Source of the DNA: Amoebidium appalachense
Lineage: Eukaryota > Protista > Ichthyosporea
Direction of reading: 5' to 3'
Assembly (NCBI GenBank): GCA_963693365.1
Contig: CAVNZM010000017.1
Location: 2,595,527-2,659,526 of the forward strand
DNA: 64,000 bases
Shown: positions 32,189 to 64,000 of the stretch, one piece after another
Layout of the letters: every line of letters begins with the position of its first letter
Numbering within the stretch: position 1 is the stretch's first letter
Program-made: the position numbers and the translations under genes
Notes under the pieces: generated by a model
The model's input: the letters and a program-made list of their open reading frames with translations, nothing else
Told to the model about the DNA's origin: nothing
Database searches by the model: none

Positions 32189-33271
32189 TAGTGATAATTC
32201 GCATGGACTAGTTAGGACACTTGAGTCCTTATCAGCTAAAAATCGGATATCGCGCTATATCTGGCATATGACCATAGCGATTAAAGGGGAAAAACGGCAG
32301 AAACTTGAAGCTGAAGTCATGCCTGTCACAGCGATATATGGTTTGTGGGGTCTCCGATGACATCTTCTGGGAGCATTGTGCCGGCAAAGTTTGCCCTTTT
32401 TGCGGAAACACGTGTTTTTTGGTGCAAATTTTGATATAAAGTAAACTGGAAGCTCTTGTGTGTTTCTCAGGCGAAAAAACAACCCTACACATGAAAATAG
32501 ACCACATGAGCTTTCAAATGCCACCATCCTGACCTCAACATCTTAATTCTGAGGCAACTAACTTAGCAAGGGGCTACTTTCAGTCCTTTTTAGCAAGGAT
32601 CTTGGCCTGAAGTGTCCCAATTAGCTTCCCGGAGCAGATGAGCAAGATGACGGAGGTCAAACGTTTTCGCTCTTGCTGGGAAGCGTCCTCAGTGGTCCTA
32701 AAACGCTCAAAGCGCTTTTTTTTGGCTTCTTCGGGCTTATTTTCGCCCTTTGTTCCATCTTTGTGCCCATGGCAATGGGTGCCCCTTTGGTCCGGGCCTC
32801 GTTTCACTGGGCTGCCAGTCGGGCTGAGCCAGGCCACAACAACCGCTCCACATTAGAGCACATGAGCACATAGAAACTCACCCATGTAGGTTCACAAACC
32901 CTTCAGAAAGACAAATAATACAAAAATATATGTTATCTGGCCCTTTTTCGTGTGTTTTTATCATGTTTTTCTGCCACCATAACGGTTGCGCTCAGTCCTA
33001 GCTACAGTCAGTCGGTGGATCGCGCCAAAAAAACGAAAAACGGCCTCACCCTCCCCCCCAAACCCGCGCTTTTACTCCAATGACCTTGACATATTAGTAA
33101 TAAAAAAAAAGGCTATTAACCACCTAAGCTCATTGGCCATACCCAGAAAGTTGGGGATTTACACCGGCTAGGGGGCCTGGAAGCACGCCGAAAATAATTA
33201 GGACACTTGGGTCCTAAATAGCGATTAACAAGGGCCGAAGTGTCCTCGCATGCGCATGCGAATTATCACTG
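32189..33271. mobile_element. Putative non-autonomous TIR element (~1.08 kb, hAT-like termini)
   Basis: The perfect 16-bp inverted repeat AGTGATAATTCGCATG / CATGCGAATTATCACT has (T/C)AGTG ends. The subterminal motif TTAGGACACTTG is present near both ends. No TSD is recognisable. Confidence 0.6.
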
Positions 33272-33420
33272 GGGGGGGGGGGGGAGGGGGGGGGGGGGGG
33301 GGGGGGGGGGAGGGGGGGGAATTTGATACAGGGGATACATTCTTTGCCTCGAGTAAACAGCGTAAACCCCGGATACATTCCCACGCACCCGTGAATCAAT
33401 TTGACCACTCCACCTGACAC

Positions 33421-33472
<52 letters not shown>

Positions 33473-33474
33473 AC

Positions 33475-33513
<39 letters not shown>

Positions 33514-33957
33514 AAAAAAACTCTATTTACTTCCAAGCACATGCTCGCCGCACGCTATGTCAGTGTGTGCAGTTTATTTTAAAAGTTTCCCGATATTTAC
33601 TCGGTCCGAATTTCTGACAGTTTATATGCGGAGCAGAAAAAAAGCACCGTCCCACCCACACACATGCACGGCCAGTATTGAAAGTATGGCACATGCGCAA
33701 AGTAATATACGGTAGGTGAGCCCTGCAGTTTTGAAATGCATGGGGCTATGCAGTCTTGTAATTGTGGTTTGTCGCGAAAGTTCCAGTGTGATTGAACGGA
33801 CAATGCCATGATGAAATATAAAAACACGCCAGGTGGCGGCAGCAGCAGAGGGTGGGGGGGGGGGGGGGGGGGGGGGGGGGGAGGGGGGGCTCGAGGGGGA
33901 AGGAGCGAGGGAAGAGGGGGGTGGAAGCAAAAGAAATTTTGTACGTTCGGTAAAGAA

Positions 33958-34156
33958 TTGTTATTGCACGTGGGTGCTTTTACCCAGGCGGACGGGGGGA
34001 TATACTGCCAAACAGAAGGGTTAGCCATTGTGTTCTGTAACCTTCATTTTCGGTATGCAACCGGAAATGAAGGTTACAGAACACGATGGCTAAGCCTTCT
34101 GTTTGGCAGTATATTCCCCCGTCCGCCTGGGTAAAAGCACCCACGTGCAAAAACAA
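33958..34156. repeat. ~200-bp near-perfect foldback (arms ~95 bp)
   Basis: TTGCACGTGGGTGCTTTTACCCAGGCGGACGGGGG...CTGTAACCTTCATTT is mirrored by AAATGAAGGTTACAG...CCCCCGTCCGCCTGGGTAAAAGCACCCACGTGCAA, with few mismatches. Confidence 0.92.
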
Positions 34157-35208
34157 CTATGTATGCGATTTACGTTATACGTGTTAACGGACGGTCAATA
34201 TATATGCCACACACACAGTCACACCGCCATAAATCTGGATCTCATAGAGCTCGAGTTCAAATATAAAAACCTTAAAGAAATGATATGATTGGCCACTTGC
34301 GGCTGTGCGTATAGCAGTCACCGTGACTGTTGTTTCAACCAGTACATCCGGGTATACACCCTACCTATCCCCTGATCTACACTCGTATATAAAGACACAA
34401 TTTAATTATAAATTCAAAAAAACACAAAAGATCACACAATCAATACACGACCATCCTTAGACACAAGCACACAGGCACAGGCACACATACACGCACACGC
34501 CGCATGACACCGTGCTGTTATGCTGTAAGCACACGATTTGCCAAACGTTAACAATTGATAAACACGTGCATATAGACATACACCCACTGCGCGAGAGTCA
34601 GCCCTAAAGGCATCCGATTATCAACCGCTGGAGTAAAAGACACTTCCATAAACTAACATTATACTTCCGTACAACGAATAAACTCTAATCTAGTACTCTT
34701 ATTTGTCCAGTTATGACAGCAGGCTAGTTAAATCGGTGGCTTATTGTTTTTCGTTTTTAAATTGTGGGGCCCTGTATCAATATAGCCTCAATCGGACCTC
34801 CGGGCCGAACGAAGTTTGTTGAAATGCGTAGACTATTGAAATTTTGGTGAATCGACATTCCTGGAAACGTGGGATTTGGGGGTTGCAGAAAGGCTTACAT
34901 CTCCCTCCTGTGTGCACCCAAGTCGCGATCTTGTGGTATGGCACATTGTGACTGTGGATACCTGTACGGGAACACCATAATCACTGTTAGCAACAGGAAA
35001 ACATACATGTACGTAAAGTGAAGTGAGTGAATACATTTCAAATGACAAGATGCTACGAATAAATGATTCATACTTTCAGTCTTTCTTTATCATCACGAAC
35101 TTCGTGACATATACCAATCACACAGCCTGTGATAAGAACGCAAGAATAAGGGTCCCGGCGAAACTGACGAAACCCAGTACGTGGAACATTACCATATTTG
35201 GGCATGTG

Positions 35209-41462
<6,254 letters not shown>

Positions 41463-42289
41463 GTTTGGCCGTTTTGTGCTCACTGGACAGTCGCGCGTTG
41501 TGTTTTCTTTTTTTTTTTTTTTTTGTTTTTATTCTTTGCTGAATCGGCTGCTTTACAACACTATAAAACGGACCACCAAATTACAAAATAGCACTCCACA
41601 AAACTCTCCTGTGGAAAAAGTTATGGAAAAGGGGAAGAAAGAATACGAAAGGGCCTCTAACACAAACCGGATTGTATATAAAGCCCTCAATCCACTTTTC
41701 GAGAGCAAAAAGAACCCAAAAAAACGTTGATTGTGGTTATATCGCGAAAGAGCAAATATAAACGATTTAGGCTTCTCTTTCAGACTTTTTACACGCCTAC
41801 TAACTTGAAAAAGGCTCTGCTACGGAAGGAAAGGACAGTCATTGCACTTAGTGGAGACAATATTTTGCATGAAGTGTGTCGACAAGCTTGAAACAAAACA
41901 CCACACCTAACACAGCGAAAAAGCGACAGGAAGTCGACAGTTCGTTCACCACCCACGCTATCACCAGGTGACTATCGAAAGTGTCACCATAACCAGCATT
42001 CAAAGTGATATCATATGTGTTTTCGTTGATTGAAGGCTACTAATACTTAAAGGAAGTGTAACATAAAAGAAGAATTGAAGTCTGTCAAGACGCAAGCGCA
42101 AAAATGAAATGAAAAAGTGGAAACGACAGCGCTATGTTCCGTCGTTTTCGGTGTCGCAAACAGGAAAATAACGAAAGAGAAACGCATGCGGTAATGGCGC
42201 AGGTAGAAAACACGAGACTCGTGTTGGATGGTACGGACTGAACCCAAACAGACAGCTTGAACCCAAAATACTCAGATCTGTGGGAAACT

Positions 42290-42660
42290 GCGATAACTTG
42301 AAACCAATCAATACCCTACATTTATTCCCACATATGGTTACAAAACCAATGCACCAAATATGATCCAATCAAAACGTTTTGCCGCCAAGAATTTCAGCCA
42401 ATCGGAATGATCCCGGCTCTTGGCCTGCATTCTTTTTGTCTACAATCAGCACCGCAACGCGTGTTTTTGCTCGTCCGTGGCGTTTGAGCTTTCCCGCAGG
42501 CTCACAGCCCGTTTCTTCCGTGGGTAAGCTTAGCTGAAACTCCAATAGGAACCAACGTCATTCTTCAGGAACATTCGTTTTTGGTGCCGTGAGACGTTCG
42601 ATATTCGCGTGCGCGGGCCGCGGGTACGTCACATGCAAACGTGTTTGTACGTGATGTTAC
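42290..42660. promoter_or_regulatory. CCAAT-box cluster with half-CRE sites upstream of the bZIP gene
   Basis: CCAAT occurs near 42304, 42346, 42365, 42398 and 42542, and ACGTCA near 42555 and 42626. Function is inferred. Confidence 0.35.
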
Positions 42661-43105
42661 ACGTGGGACGGGTTGCAGCTATCGCACACGCTCGCCTTAA
42701 ACACAGAGTGTTCACCGAGGAAGTGATCAGCGAGAAATAAATATGTGCATGTAATTTAAATACACCAGGGAACTGTGTCGTGATGTTACTACTGGATTCG
42801 TTATGGGTTTTCCGATAAATTGGTTCTGAATTTCGGCTAAAAAGAAGAAAGAGAATGAGGGACATTTCGACTCCCGAAGTCTCTGGCTCTTTTCTCTGTC
42901 AAATTGTACCAAGTTCAAAAACGGTTTTGTGACCATGGTGCACCTGATTCAGCAACATAAACGATGTGGCGCTAATGTAAAAAATTGTGTAAGGCTTTTC
43001 TAACAGGACTCTCCTAGAGTGGCATTATAGTAGGGGGGTTAGCTGGGAGGATTCAAGGGCTTCGGGGAAGGGCGTTCTTTTTTTTTTTTTTTTTTTTTTT
43101 TGGGT

Positions 43106-43151
<46 letters not shown>

Positions 43152-43437
43152 CGTGGTGTGACTGTCGGTGTTGATAAATAGAGTTGGGTCGATGGTCTGA
43201 AATGCCCGCGGCTGTAGCTGGTCGTCCCACACATCCGTGTGCATAGGGTCCTGTTTGATTGCAAAGCATGTTGATTGGGCGGGGATGTGATCCGGGTCTT
43301 CTGATTGGCCAAGGATCACGTCATCGAAGATCTGCTTATTCCCCAGGTGTTACGCACTGCACAGCAATTCTTTTCTATCAACAGTATAAGAATTTGTGCA
43401 CCTGGGGTAGCCTATCTTTAGTTTTTTATTCTTTCTC

Positions 43438-43470
<33 letters not shown>

Positions 43471-43951
43471 AATTCAATCTGCCAGGTTCAGAGCGTGGTC
43501 CGGGAGTGAGGGGTGGGTAAGAAAAGTGGGGCAAAGGGGGGAGAGGGGGGGGGGAAGAGGAGGGAGGACTGAGGAGAAGGGGGGGGGGGGGGCGGGAAGG
43601 GGCGGGAGTTAGAGGATGGGGGTAGGTGGGTTGCTAAGTAGGTGGGTGGGTGAAGGTGGTGATGGTCCCGGGGTCGGGCGGTGGGTGGGTAGGTGGTGGT
43701 GGGGAGGGGGAGGGGGGAGAGAATACAGTGCGAGATACATGATGTTCATCTTATGTTTGTGGGGGGGGGGGGGGGGGGGGGGGGGTTGGGGGGGGGGGGG
43801 GACAATACGGGTAAGGGGCCCAGCAAAAAAAGCAAAGGCTTGCAGAAATAACCGGAACCGTATTTGGCCTGAGCAGGAGGGGGGGGGGGGGCGGGGGAGG
43901 GGGGAGGTGGAGCTTAGAGGATGCGGGTGAGGGGAAAAGTGGGGTTCTTAC

Positions 43952-44511
43952 GGGCATAGAACCCCCCCGGATTGCATCGTCCACCAGCCTTGCCTCGGCC
44001 ATGATCTCGGCAAGAATGTCCGTCACCGTCCCCTCACCCTCACTGCCCGTCTCACTGCGTGCGGGGGGGACGGAAGTGCCTCCAACCTGTACAGAAACGT
44101 GTTTGTGTTATTGTGTGTGTGTACATATGTGTGCGTGCTTATGGGGGGAGTGCGGGAGGAGCGGAAAGGGGGGAAGGAGGGGGGGAGGGGGGGGGGGGTG
44201 GCGAAGTGAAAGAGAACGATCGATCTTTCACGTAACTGAGGTGTTGATGGGTCAGAGGAGGATTTAATAGGAAGAAAGCCCGTAGCGAGGAGAGGGTTTA
44301 TGAACACAGTCATAAGGGGCACGAGGAGGGGGGAAGGAGTGGGGGGGGATGCAGGGGGGAGGGGGGGGGATGCAGGGGAGAGGATGGGGTAAACAGGGGG
44401 AGGGGGAAGGGGGGGGTGGGAGGGGAGGGAGGCAAGATTCGAGTGCTCTAAAATTTCTTTGGCCGTTATAAGACAGAAAATGCAACCATTCTCTCTCTCT
44501 CTCTCTCTCTC

Positions 44512-44557
<46 letters not shown>

Positions 44558-44794
44558 CCCCGGCCCCCCCAGTCCCTGTTTTCCCCCTCCCCTACGTGAG
44601 AGCTGCTCCCCTCCCAACCCCCCCCCTTCCCGCGCGATGCCTTGGTATGGTGTGTCGGTACGCGTGTGCAAGTGTGCTTGTAACAATATTTGTACACCAC
44701 GGGTATGCAGACGAGTGTGTTTTTATCGACTATCTCCCCCCCCCCCCCCCCCCCCCCCCCTGCCCAAAACACACACACACACCCAAACACCCAA

Positions 44795-44856
<62 letters not shown>

Positions 44857-44965
44857 CCTACCACCACCATCACCAACTGCCTCGCACAGACTAAGGTCTT
44901 CAGAGATTCACCAAATGCTGGCAAAAATGACCACTGAGATCTGGGGAAAGGGAGAGGAAGGGGGA

Positions 44966-45004
<39 letters not shown>

Positions 45005-47080
45005 GGTGGGTGGGTTGGGGGGGGGGGGGGGGGGGGGGGAGGTTCAATGAGTGGGGGTCTTACGGGCATAGAACCCCCCCGAATTGCATCGTCCACTAGC
45101 CTTGCCTCGGCCATGATCTCGGCAAGAATGTCCGTCACCGTCCCCTCACCATCACTGCCCGTCTCACTGCATGCAGAGGGGACGGAAGTGCCTCCAACCT
45201 GCGGGGCAAAAAGTGGTTGTGCATGTTTGTGTGTATGGTCGGGTGGAGTGGTCCCGGTGGGGAAGGGTGAAAGGGGGGGGGGTGGGGGGAGGGGGGTTGG
45301 GGAAGAGGGAAGGCGCGGGGGGGGGGGGGGGGGGGGGATGGGAGGGGAGGGGGGGGGAGGGGGGGGGAAGAACGGGGAGAACATGTGTAAGTATGTGCAC
45401 GTATGTTAGCCTGATTGTGTGTGTTTTGTGTGCACATCTGTAAGTACTTTCTCACAATCCCCCCCACCCCTGTCTCCCCTCCCCCCCCCCCCCCTCCTCC
45501 CCCCGCCCCCTCCCACCTTCCTACATGGGGGAGAACAGGTTCCATTGCCCCCCTTTACACATCCTGCCCCCCCCCACCCCCCAAACCCCTTCACGCCCAA
45601 CCCCAACCCCCAAAACCACTCCCCCTTTACCCCACCTCCCCCCAAAAAGGAAAAAAGGAAAAAAGGAAAACCTAAAGAAAAAGCTAGAAGGAAAACAATA
45701 AGGACTCCTCAGTAAAATGAAGCAAAAACACACCTGCTCTTCCTTGACTGCAGCAAGCAAACCCCTCTTTCTCCCAGCCACCTCCCGACCCCTTCCCACG
45801 GTGTCCGTGTCAGACCCCCCCAAAGACGAAAACTGCGAACTTCCGTACGTGTTGCCGAACCCCCGCAGCCCTGGGGACCGGCCGAAAATAGCACGGTCGA
45901 TACCAAGCGATTCCAGCGACTGGCAGGAGGGAGGCTCACTGATGGATGGGAGGGAGCCAGCCGACATACCCAACTCCGGACACCCAGGGTCACGCCATGT
46001 AAAGAACCCCCCCTGGACACCTCCGTGCATGCCGTTGTAACCCCACCCGGCTGATTCCCCGAGCCCCATTCGGTCGGTTTCGCAGCTGACAACACTCGAC
46101 CCTTCGAACATCGATTCTGCCCCGTCGTCGCCGAGCGCAATTTCGGGATTTTCGGTGCACGTGAGGGAGTTTTCCCGGTTGAAACTAAATAATTCCGCAA
46201 CTGGAGTTCCGGATATTTCGGGGGGATCCATAGCGGGTGTGAGGAGTGGGGGGGACCATGAGAGAGCTGCATCTACGCACAAGTCGATATCGTCGAACGC
46301 AAACACAGGACTGGCATCGAGGGGGGAGGACATAGGGACCGACTGCATGACAAGTGGGCGTGGGAGGGTTATAGGCTGCTCCGCTTCCGAAATTGCAGTC
46401 GTTACCTGCGTATTTTCGGGCAGCGTAGGGGTTTCGGAAGTGGGCGGGTGTTCGATCGACGGGGGATGCGAGTGGGTGTGGGTTTCTGTAAGTAGAGCCC
46501 ATGAAATGGTGCTTGTGGGTTCTGAAGACGGACGAGGGGGGGTCTTTTCCGAAATTTTGGGTGTCGTGCCCAGTCCCAGCCTGCTTGGCCGCGAGGGGGG
46601 GTTCTGATAGGGACTACCCTTCGTTGGGGGGGAACCGCTGTCGCTGCTGCCTGAATTTTGCCTCCCACGAATTCTTCGGTTGACGACAATCGAGGAAAGG
46701 GAAACGGATTTCATTTTTCGGTTGTCTTCCTGCAAGCCTGGCGCAGCACACACGAGGTAGGGGTTTATGCCACCAGCATTTTCGGGTCTCGGCTCTATCT
46801 TTACGGGGGTTTTGCTTGCGAAAGGTGCGCTGTCTGGGCAGATCGTGAATTTCTTTCGGGGGCTGTTTCGGTTTATCTTGGGTGGTCGGGGCCGAATCGG
46901 AACTCCCACGGTAAGGGAGCTCGGACACGAGAGGGACCCGAGAGGTTCCGTGTTGGAAATTTCGAGAGAAAACCCCCCCCGGTGTGTACCTGAAAGCGGC
47001 CGAAAAATGAGGCTGTCTGACGACGGTGCTGCTCTTGTACCCCCCCTTTTGGAGGGGTTTTTCGAACGGGTAGTCATCAT
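43952..47080 (-). CDS. Hypothetical Ser/Pro-rich disordered protein; 449-codon first exon followed by a duplicated 135-nt exon; 3' end uncertain
   Basis: A non-repetitive ORF at 47080-45734 ends CAG|GTGTGT. Exons 45198-45064 and 44086-43952 both have cag| and |gtaaga boundaries and encode VGGTSVP..TVTDILAEIMAEARLVDDAIRGGSMP. A possible terminal exon at 43401-43378 encodes VHKFLYC*. No domain was recognised. Confidence 0.6.
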
Positions 47081-47703
47081 GGATGCTTGTGGAGATATAT
47101 TGGATGGATATTATGATTAGAGATAGTTAGGAACTGTTTACTAATGGCGTATGTGTGTGTGGGTGGGTGTTTTAGGCCCATATGTGAAAGAGCAAGGAGC
47201 ACAAATCATGTGTTGTGTATCATCGTGCATAATATGTGCTGATGTGAAAAGAGTGCTTGGAGTGACTCGTTGCTGAATGTGCCAGGGTTATCTCTCTGCA
47301 TCAATTGAACTCAGGACTACTAAAACACCTGCAACAGGTCGTGTTTGCGCAAAAATCACGACCTGCGGTCTTAAAAGGAAATAGGGATGCCTAATGCATA
47401 GATCCGGTCGTCAAGGAGCAGATGGGAGGCCAGCCCGTTTTGACAAATCTGCACCCACACCACTGTTACCTCATACCTCCCCCCCATTTCCCTCCCAATG
47501 CCCTCCCCCGGCCCCCCTCTCCTCCCCCCCGTCCCCCCCCCCCCCCCCCCCCCCCACCACACACACACCACCACCACCACCCCCAAAAAAAAGATAAATA
47601 AAATAGAAAATGTCCTCTCCCTCCCTCCCTCCATAACCTTTGCAATAGCCCCCCTCCCCTCCCCTCCGCCCGTCCCCTCCCCCCCTCCCCCTCCGCCCGT
47701 CCC

Positions 47704-47752
<49 letters not shown>

Positions 47753-47844
47753 AAAAAAAAAAAAATCTCCCCCCCCCCCCCCCCCCCGTCCTCTCCCTTT
47801 CGCACGAGCCTCTAGTTCAATTCTTCCCTCCCCCCTCTTACGCC

Positions 47845-47889
<45 letters not shown>

Positions 47890-48003
47890 TCTTGCCCACT
47901 TTTATGCTCCAAACAGGCTAAGGACAACTGCCTCTTCTCTGCTTGCACCTCCCTAACCTCCCAGGTGTGCCCCCCCCCCCCCCCCCCCACCCCCACCCCG
48001 GGG

Positions 48004-48048
<45 letters not shown>

Positions 48049-48365
48049 TCCACACACACACCAACCCGTTCCCCTCCGCCCATCGTGCCATCCTTCCTCT
48101 CCCCTTCCCCCTCCCCCTAGCCCCTTCGGATCCCTTTTTTCTCCCACCCCCCTCCCCAAAGAAAAATAAATAAGAATAGGGGGGTTCCATTTCCTTTCTC
48201 CTCCGACTACTCCATTCAAGTGCAGACACTCCTCCCTCCCCTCCCCCGCCTCCACCCCCTCCCCCCTCCCCCCCCCCCCCCCCCCCCTTTCTTTACCCCC
48301 ACATCCACACAACCACACCCATATCTCAACACACAGTCCCAACCACCGTGACATGCATGAGCGCC

Positions 48366-48411
<46 letters not shown>

Positions 48412-51198
48412 CGGGCGCGCACGCACACACACACACGCACGCACACACGCGCGCATACACGCGCACAAACGCACACAAACACACACAAATACACAAACAC
48501 GCATACAGAAGCCCTGTCACTGTACCCTCATTTTGAAGAAAAAAAAACGAAAGAAGAAAAGATTGATAGAATATGGACACCCAGCACAAAGCATCCACTG
48601 GTCGTCAACAAATGAAAAAGAGAGAGAAAACGTCAACCGAAATAACACACAAGCGTCACCAAGGTATCATGACATGGGAGCAAATAAGTCCTATAAACCG
48701 GCTTTTTGCCCATGGTTTAGCTAGGTCGTAAAAATACAAGCTCGGCAGTGGTTTGGAAAGAAGAAAAAATAACACGAAGCACGCATACTAACTAAATGAG
48801 TTACCACGAGTACGCTCTTAGCACTCGCACATACAAAGCCAACATGCTGCATATGATCATGTGGGACAGGGAGGGGATCGAGAGGGGGGGGAGGGGGGGG
48901 GGGGGGGGGGGGATGATTAACATACGAACATAAGGAGAGGGAAAAAGAGAGGTTTCCACTCCGTATATATTCTCTAAAACGTCTTACAATCATTCCTTAG
49001 ATTAGAATTTCGAAAGATGTAGGAAAAATTCAACCATCCCTTTGAGTCTAGCTGCTCCTGTGTGTGCACGCACCAGAAAAGAACAGTCGCACCAGAAAAC
49101 GTTTCAGTCGCGCTTAAGGGACAGCAACGTGTGTTTCCGTTCTGGTGGCTACAACCCACTAAGGCCTAGCATGTGCACTAGTTATCACTGCGTGTTAATT
49201 ACGTCCTCACTTTCCCGCATGTTTAGAAGCAGGTAAGCGCTGCCATTTCACCCACTGCGTATCAGTTCTAATATTGGTAATACTATATTTCGTTTCCTTC
49301 TCCTCGCCCCTCGCTTCTCTTCGTGCTCTTACCGTAACTGCCATCAAACCGAGTCACGTTGACGGACACAGCAGTGCAGCTAACCCATAAACGAGCAACG
49401 TTTAGACAAAACCTTCCTCGTTACAACCCATAATAATGTTGAAAATCGGCAACTAGACTAAGTTTTGTCTTCTGAATCAACCTAACTAGACGACTACGAT
49501 TATGTACGAGTCAACTGTATTCGAAAACCGTGTGCTTTCTATTGGTGCCAGTATCAAGTTCTACAAGGAAAAATGTGTGGAAGAAAGGAGCCGAATAAAC
49601 TGCGCGAATATCAGTGTATTCTCTGTATGTATTTACCGTGTTCACAAGCTGAGCGTATGCGCTCTGCTCACACATAAACCGTAGTGTGTGCAGAGTAATG
49701 ACCCTGCGTCCACTCGAGTGCACTACTCAGTAATCCCACAAAAAAGTCATTAAACCAATAAAATTAAAGGAAAAAAAGAATTCTCTCACCACCGAAAGGA
49801 ACCTTCTGTGCGGGTCAAATCCCCTGTCCCGCACGTGTCCCCACGCACACAGAATCAAGTTGGCTCGCGTGTGCGCGTGCTCGGATCTAAAGCACTGGTT
49901 TCTGACCACGATTTTTGAGCGCTATTTCCTTCTTTGTAGGTGTCTGGAAGGTATTTATGTGCGGGGGTTTGTGCGGGTGGCAAAAACGGCGGTAATTGGC
50001 TGGCTGGGCGAGGAAAAGCAGGCGAGAACTTGCCGAGTGGCATGTGTGAGCGGTTCTGTTTACATGCTGATCAGTAATGGGCTATTCCTATTGGTAGTTG
50101 ATCATGCAAGAAAGATTGCACATGCATTCATAGCCTTTTTGGGCAGTATTAAGCTTGTTCCTATTGGGTTATCTAAGAGAGTGTTATCAAATAGTGAGCG
50201 CCGCCGTCTGTATTTGGGAGCCTCGCTCGGTGTTTCTACACGCAGGTAGATTTACAAAACGAGCCAAGGGTATTCTATGGCATATTAAAAGGCAAACAGA
50301 TATCATGAAATGGCAATAAGCAGCAATCATTGTATTCTAGTGCCAATATGCCATCAACATTTTGGGCCGCGTTGTTTCCATAATTCTACCTTCCAAATTT
50401 GGTAATGATGTGAGCGATAACCACCCACCAATCAGCACCAGTCTATGACGCATCTGATTCAGGTTACAATTCAGGTATCGACGGGTAATTCGCGTTATCG
50501 TGTCACACCTGTCAAGAAAAACAAGAAAGAGCTAAAAACGAGAGAGAAAGAGAGGAAGACAGAGAGTGAGGAAGGGAGGGAGGGAGGGAAAGAAGGAAAA
50601 GGGGAGGTAGTCAGGGCGCTTTCTTGAAGTATCCATGCAGGTCGAGAGAACGGGCCATCACATGCGTGTTGTCCAACACATCACCCCCTTCTCGTTCAAG
50701 AGCTCACAGAACTTCACAAGAGCCTATATTTTGTGTCTCTTTGACCTTTTTCTTTTGATGAGACAAGACTGGTACTCTGGATCTTTCAAACCGTGTGTTG
50801 CAGAGTGTACAGAGTTCGTTGACTGTCCCATGGGGTAGGTGCTGCTTGGCCGTGCCTGCTCAGTACTTCAAGTTGAATTGCAATGGGGTGTCAAAAGAAT
50901 TTTTTGCCATAGGAACAGAGAGCAGAGATTGATTTTAGTGGGGGTGAATTAGGGTGTTTGCCGTAAATTCTATTGAAGTTACCGTTTTAATGGACGTCTT
51001 TTCCAGTTTCACCGCTAGCTAATTTGGTGGGTACCGGCTCAGCGGTTTTGAAACATTTGTGAATGATTATTTGAAGAAACTTTACTTAGACTCTAACGTA
51101 TGTTTGCACGTTTGTGTGTGTGTGTCTGTGTGCGTGTGTGTGTGTGTGCGCGTGTGCGCGTGTGCGTGTGCGTGTGCGTGTGCGTGTGTGTGGTGTGT

Positions 51199-51244
<46 letters not shown>

Positions 51245-51633
51245 TGCGCGCGCGTGTGTGCGTGTGCGTGTGCGTGTGCGTGTGCGTGTGCGTGTGCGTG
51301 GTGTGCGTGGTGTGCGTGTGCGTGTGTGTGGTGTCACGGTATCCGTGTATGTGTGTGTTTACATTCTTGCTTACAACTTGGTCTTTAAAGTGGTAATACC
51401 TTTATTAGCGTTTTTTTCGGCATCCCTTCGTCTTGTGGGTACAGGCCCAATAGGAGAAGCTCGATCTGCATCCTTGCACTGTCAGAATGTACCCGCGACC
51501 TCACAACTATACATCTCGGATGTGTTACTCTTTTCTTGAAAATCTCAAAACGACTATCTTTATCGTCTAATAATGAAGTGACGATGTTGTAAATCATTCA
51601 CCAACATCATTTTTTCTGGACAACACAGAGAAA

Positions 51634-63698
<12,065 letters not shown>

Positions 63699-64000
63699 GT
63701 AAATGTTCCCGAGAAACGTCTTAGACACCTATGAACAATTATAAGCACACGTAAAAAGGATTTCTTAGACTCTTTTCTTGGAGGATTTTCTTTGTTTCTT
63801 TGTGTTTTCACAACACTATTATACGACTATGCGGGATTCAAAACATCTCACACTCCATCATATCACTTTCTCCATCCTCCCTCCCTCCCTCCCTCCCTCG
63901 CTCTTCCCTGCCTCCCTTTCCTTCTCCCTCCCTCCCTCCCTCCCTCCCTCCCTTCCTCCCTCCCTCCCTCCCTCCCTCCTTCTCTTCTCTCCTTCTCTCT

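Noticed and set aside
32580-32837. 85-aa ORF inside the TIR element as a transposase
   Set aside because: No DDE, BED or dimerisation motif was recognised, and the ORF is too short.
49790-49930. tRNA-like or structured RNA (GGGTCAAATCCC and a GTGCGGG/CCCGCAC stem)
   Set aside because: No cloverleaf or recognisable snRNA, RNase P or MRP motif. An Infernal/Rfam search would be needed to go further.

Overview
This is eukaryotic nuclear DNA with GT-AG introns that are saturated with poly-G/poly-C runs and (CA)n/(CT)n microsatellites. An opisthokont, possibly a unicellular holozoan, is my guess at the lineage; the sequence does not establish it. Almost all of the supplied ORF track is low-complexity noise, so I rebuilt genes by hand from splice sites and reading phase. 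Genes found, in order: the 3' end of LSM2; a 13-exon mitochondrion-targeted Sel1-repeat gene (minus strand) head-to-head with a complete 6-exon NDUFS8; an intronless secreted subtilisin with a single homopolymer frameshift, lying in a transposon-rich island (about 22-35 kb) of several non-autonomous TIR and foldback elements; a 6-exon bZIP transcription factor; an unknown disordered protein with a duplicated exon; and the 5' part of a divergent NUP155. Three signals stand out. First, a conserved ~105-bp element recurs in the same orientation in four introns of the Sel1 gene. Second, degenerate tandem 'echoes' of real exon-intron junctions flank exons in several genes. Third, there are tiny palindromic elements with CAnGGCC ends, one with a perfect 8-bp target-site duplication (TSD). 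All alignments were made by eye and no database search was run.
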